DNA of 19,562 nt, taken from positions 1 to 19,562 of the forward strand of contig JAWOHE010000096.1 in the NCBI GenBank assembly GCA_046485285.1, in the 5' to 3' direction. This stretch comes from a bacterium (GTDB lineage Bacteria > Hydrothermota > Tepidihabitantia > Tepidihabitantales > Tepidihabitantaceae). The notes beneath the pieces were generated by a model, which was given only the letters and a program-made list of their open reading frames with translations, had not been told where the DNA came from and did no database searches. A program made the position numbers and the translations under genes. The first letter of the stretch is position 1; each line of letters opens with the position of its first letter. Shown here piece by piece: positions 17,563-19,562 of the stretch.

Positions 17563-17676
17563 TCACGGCGCGGACCAGGCCACTTCTCCCCGTTCGTCGA
17601 GGAACGTCAGCTTCGGACCGTCATCATCCAGGTTCAGCCCGGCGCGGCGGCGCGGCCGGACTGCGGCGGGCAGGCG
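17563..17676 (-). pseudogene. Orphan 3' gene remnant
   Basis: Translates ...RAGLNLDDDGPKLTFLDERGEVAWSAP* with host-like codon usage. Bounded upstream by an in-frame TGA, with no plausible start ahead of the conserved-looking part. Confidence 0.5.
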
Positions 17677-17849
17677 TCAAGCGGGCGGGAACTCCCCGGG
17701 CACCGCACCGGGCAGGGCACGTCCCGGGCGGCCGGGATGGTCCCCCGGACGGTCGCCCGGATAGCGCACCGGGCAGGCGCCGGGTTAGCGGCCCGGATGG
17801 GCGTCAGGGCCCTGTCCTCACCGGCCGCCGAGAGCCGGGCCGGGATTGA

Positions 17850-19262
17850 CTAGCTGGTGAGCAGCAGCTTGTGGCGGACTGAATGCGGGCCGGATTCGAC
17901 CCGCAGGAAGTAGGTCCCGGCCCGAAGGCCCCGGGTGCCGAGGTACCCGCCCCGGGTCTCGACACCGCTCACGACCCTGCCGGTCACATCGAGCACGCTC
18001 ACGACCGCGGTCTCGGGCAACCCGACCAGCCGCACGCTCGCCCCGACCCGTGCCACCGACGGCTCGACCGAAACTGCGGCCAGTCGCCGCCGCTCCCGTT
18101 CGGCGACGCCTGGCGTTCCATACGCCCAGACCTCGATCCCGTGGTCATACTCGAAGATGAGTTCGTTGCGGCCGTCGGCGTCGATGTCGTGGATGGTGAT
18201 GAGGTCGCCCTCCGCCCCGTGTTGCCACCAGAGGTAGAACGAGTCGTTGCCGGCGCACTTGAACACCAGCACGTGGCCGCCCGAGCTGGCGACCAGCTCA
18301 GGGACGGAATCGCCGTCGAGGTCGCCGACCGCGAGCCGACCGACGCCCCACATGCCGCCGCCCGGCATCGTCGCCTGCCAGACGCGCTCGAACGCGCCGA
18401 TCCCGGTCGCCTCGTACATCATCAACCCCCCGCCCTCCCCGTCCGTTGCGCCGAAGAACACCTCCGGCCTGCCGTCCCGGTCAATGTCCGGGCCCGCGGC
18501 CGCCCCGGTCACCCGGCCGTTCCAGCCCGGGGCAGCCAGTTCCGCGTAGACGCAGACGAACGAGTCGTCGGCAACCGACTCCCAGATCGATAGCCAGCCG
18601 TTCCAATCACCACCGCACAATTCGGGCCGGCCGTCACCATCGAGGTCGTCGGTGATGCAGACCTGTTGAGTGGGCGATACGAACGTGTCCGGGTCAACCT
18701 CGACGACAAGCGTGGCGATGGAATCGTAGCGGTTGCCGCCCCGGTATTCGAAGAGCACCCGTGCGAGCTCACCGATCGGCGCCGATATCTCGGACAACGA
18801 ATCGCCGTCGAGGTCGTGAATCGCACAGGGCAGGGCGAAGGTCAATCCCCTCAGCACCGAATCGGCCCAGACGAGCGAGTCGGGGAATCGACCGGCATCC
18901 CGAGCCTTGTACAACGCCGGCCCGTTGTAACAGGGGTCGGCGTAGAACTGGACCAGAAGTTCATCCCTGCCGTCGCCATCCGCGTCGGCGAGAAACCAGG
19001 GGTGGCCGAACGCGCCCGGGACGCAGAGCGTGTCGAAGCGATTCCCGGCCCGATGCTCGTATATCAACAGCCGGTCCGTGCTCCAGTCGTACGTATGCAG
19101 CTCAGGGCGACCGTTGCGGTTTGCGTCTCCCGGGACCAAGGCACTGTATCCGGTCGCCGGCCCGAGCCGGGCGAGTAGCCGCATCTCCGCGGTGTCGGGC
19201 GGGGCGCCCGGGCCGCGTACCGGTGCGGCCGCTAGCACGACGGCGATAAGCAGCCCGCACAT
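17850..19262 (-). CDS. Secreted FG-GAP/VCBS-repeat protein with T9SS type A C-terminal sorting domain, 470 aa
   Basis: Signal MCGLLIAVVLAA; seven D-x-[DN]-x-[DN]-x-x-x-E repeats (e.g. DADGDGRDE, DLDGDGRPE); C-terminal VLDVTGRVV...LRAGTYFLRV...KLLL. The track's TTG start at 19301 is the -35 box. Confidence 0.88.
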   Translation of the reverse strand: MCGLLIAVVLAAAPVRGPGAPPDTAEMRLLARLGPATGYSALVPGDANRNGRPELHTYDWSTDRLLIYEHRAGNRFDTLCVPGAFGHPWFLADADGDGRDELLVQFYADPCYNGPALYKARDAGRFPDSLVWADSVLRGLTFALPCAIHDLDGDSLSEISAPIGELARVLFEYRGGNRYDSIATLVVEVDPDTFVSPTQQVCITDDLDGDGRPELCGGDWNGWLSIWESVADDSFVCVYAELAAPGWNGRVTGAAAGPDIDRDGRPEVFFGATDGEGGGLMMYEATGIGAFERVWQATMPGGGMWGVGRLAVGDLDGDSVPELVASSGGHVLVFKCAGNDSFYLWWQHGAEGDLITIHDIDADGRNELIFEYDHGIEVWAYGTPGVAERERRRLAAVSVEPSVARVGASVRLVGLPETAVVSVLDVTGRVVSGVETRGGYLGTRGLRAGTYFLRVESGPHSVRHKLLLTS

Positions 19263-19273
19263 AGCGTCTTGAC

Positions 19274-19301
19274 AGAATAGTCCGCGACAGGCCCGGGTCA
19301 A
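19274..19301 (-). promoter_or_regulatory. sigma70-like promoter of the T9SS cargo gene
   Basis: Minus strand TTGACC-N16-TATTCT, 11 nt before ATG 19262. No SD. Confidence 0.65.
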
Positions 19302-19401
19302 CGGCAGACGACCGGAGCGCTTCGAGTCGCATCGGGTACCCCACCCCCACCTGCCTTCCCCCAGCGGCCCCGGGGGTCCGAGTTCAGTACATTGGTAACA
19401 C

Positions 19402-19426
19402 TTTATTATCAGGACATGGGTTACAC
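19402..19426 (+). repeat. Probable left terminal inverted repeat of the IS481-family element
   Basis: TTTATTATCAGGACATGGGTTACAC in an AT-rich patch just before the transposase. The core resembles IS481-group ends as I recall them, but it begins TTT rather than the usual TGT. Confidence 0.5.
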
Positions 19427-19451
19427 TGTTTGATGAAAGAGAGGTATGACC

Positions 19452-19562
19452 ATGTCCTGGATCGAGAACCGGTTCCAGCGTCTTCGCGCCGAGTTTGTGA
19501 TGGTGGCGAGAGAGTCCGACGCGTGTATGAAGCGGGTCTGCAGCGAGTTCGGCATCAGCCGG
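19452..19562 (+). mobile_element. IS481-family transposase, N-terminal fragment cut by window end
   Basis: MSWIENRFQRLRAEFVMVARESDACMKRVCSEFGISR matches the IS481-type N-terminal HTH pattern M-x-W...R-x-EFV...C-x-x-FGISR. GAGGT SD at 19441-19445. Confidence 0.8.

Noticed and set aside
17677-17679. Sec read-through at the TGA upstream of the gene remnant, or at the HTH TGA (595-597)
   Set aside because: No adjacent Cys motif, no comparable SECIS hairpin, and no convincing continuous reading frame.
17496-17849. tRNA, CRISPR array or known ncRNA in the long intergenic region
   Set aside because: No cloverleaf or T-loop motif and no regularly spaced identical repeats; a covariance-model search was not possible.

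Overview
High-GC bacterial segment from a diderm with T9SS-type cargo; FCB/WOR-3-like gene content is my inference. It is bounded by the 3' end of an IS256-family transposase on the left and the 5' start of an IS481-family transposase on the right. In order: a degenerate XRE-HTH gene carrying a 27-nt palindromic in-frame insertion; a minus-strand operon of CoA-transferase A/B plus two acyl-CoA dehydrogenases; a divergent operon of SDR-type L-threonine 3-dehydrogenase, a hypothetical protein and an HD hydrolase; mlaE-mlaF-mlaD; a minus-strand gap-pgk-tpiA operon; a beta-propeller lipoprotein plus a large outer-membrane protein; and an FG-GAP protein with a T9SS C-terminal sorting domain. The best candidate for a new system is the lipoprotein gene after tpiA. 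Its apparent TGA stop (9651-9649) sits in a Gly-Gly-Cys-UGA-Gly motif and is followed by an fdhF-like SECIS hairpin (apical AGGUCU). Read-through ends in a TAG interlocked with the convergent mlaD stop, so it is probably an unannotated exported selenoprotein with a vicinal Cys-Sec pair. Other signals: six sigma70-like promoters all have 16-bp spacers (two imply leaderless mRNAs), and one ACAD lacks the cross-subunit FAD motifs, suggesting a heteromeric enzyme.
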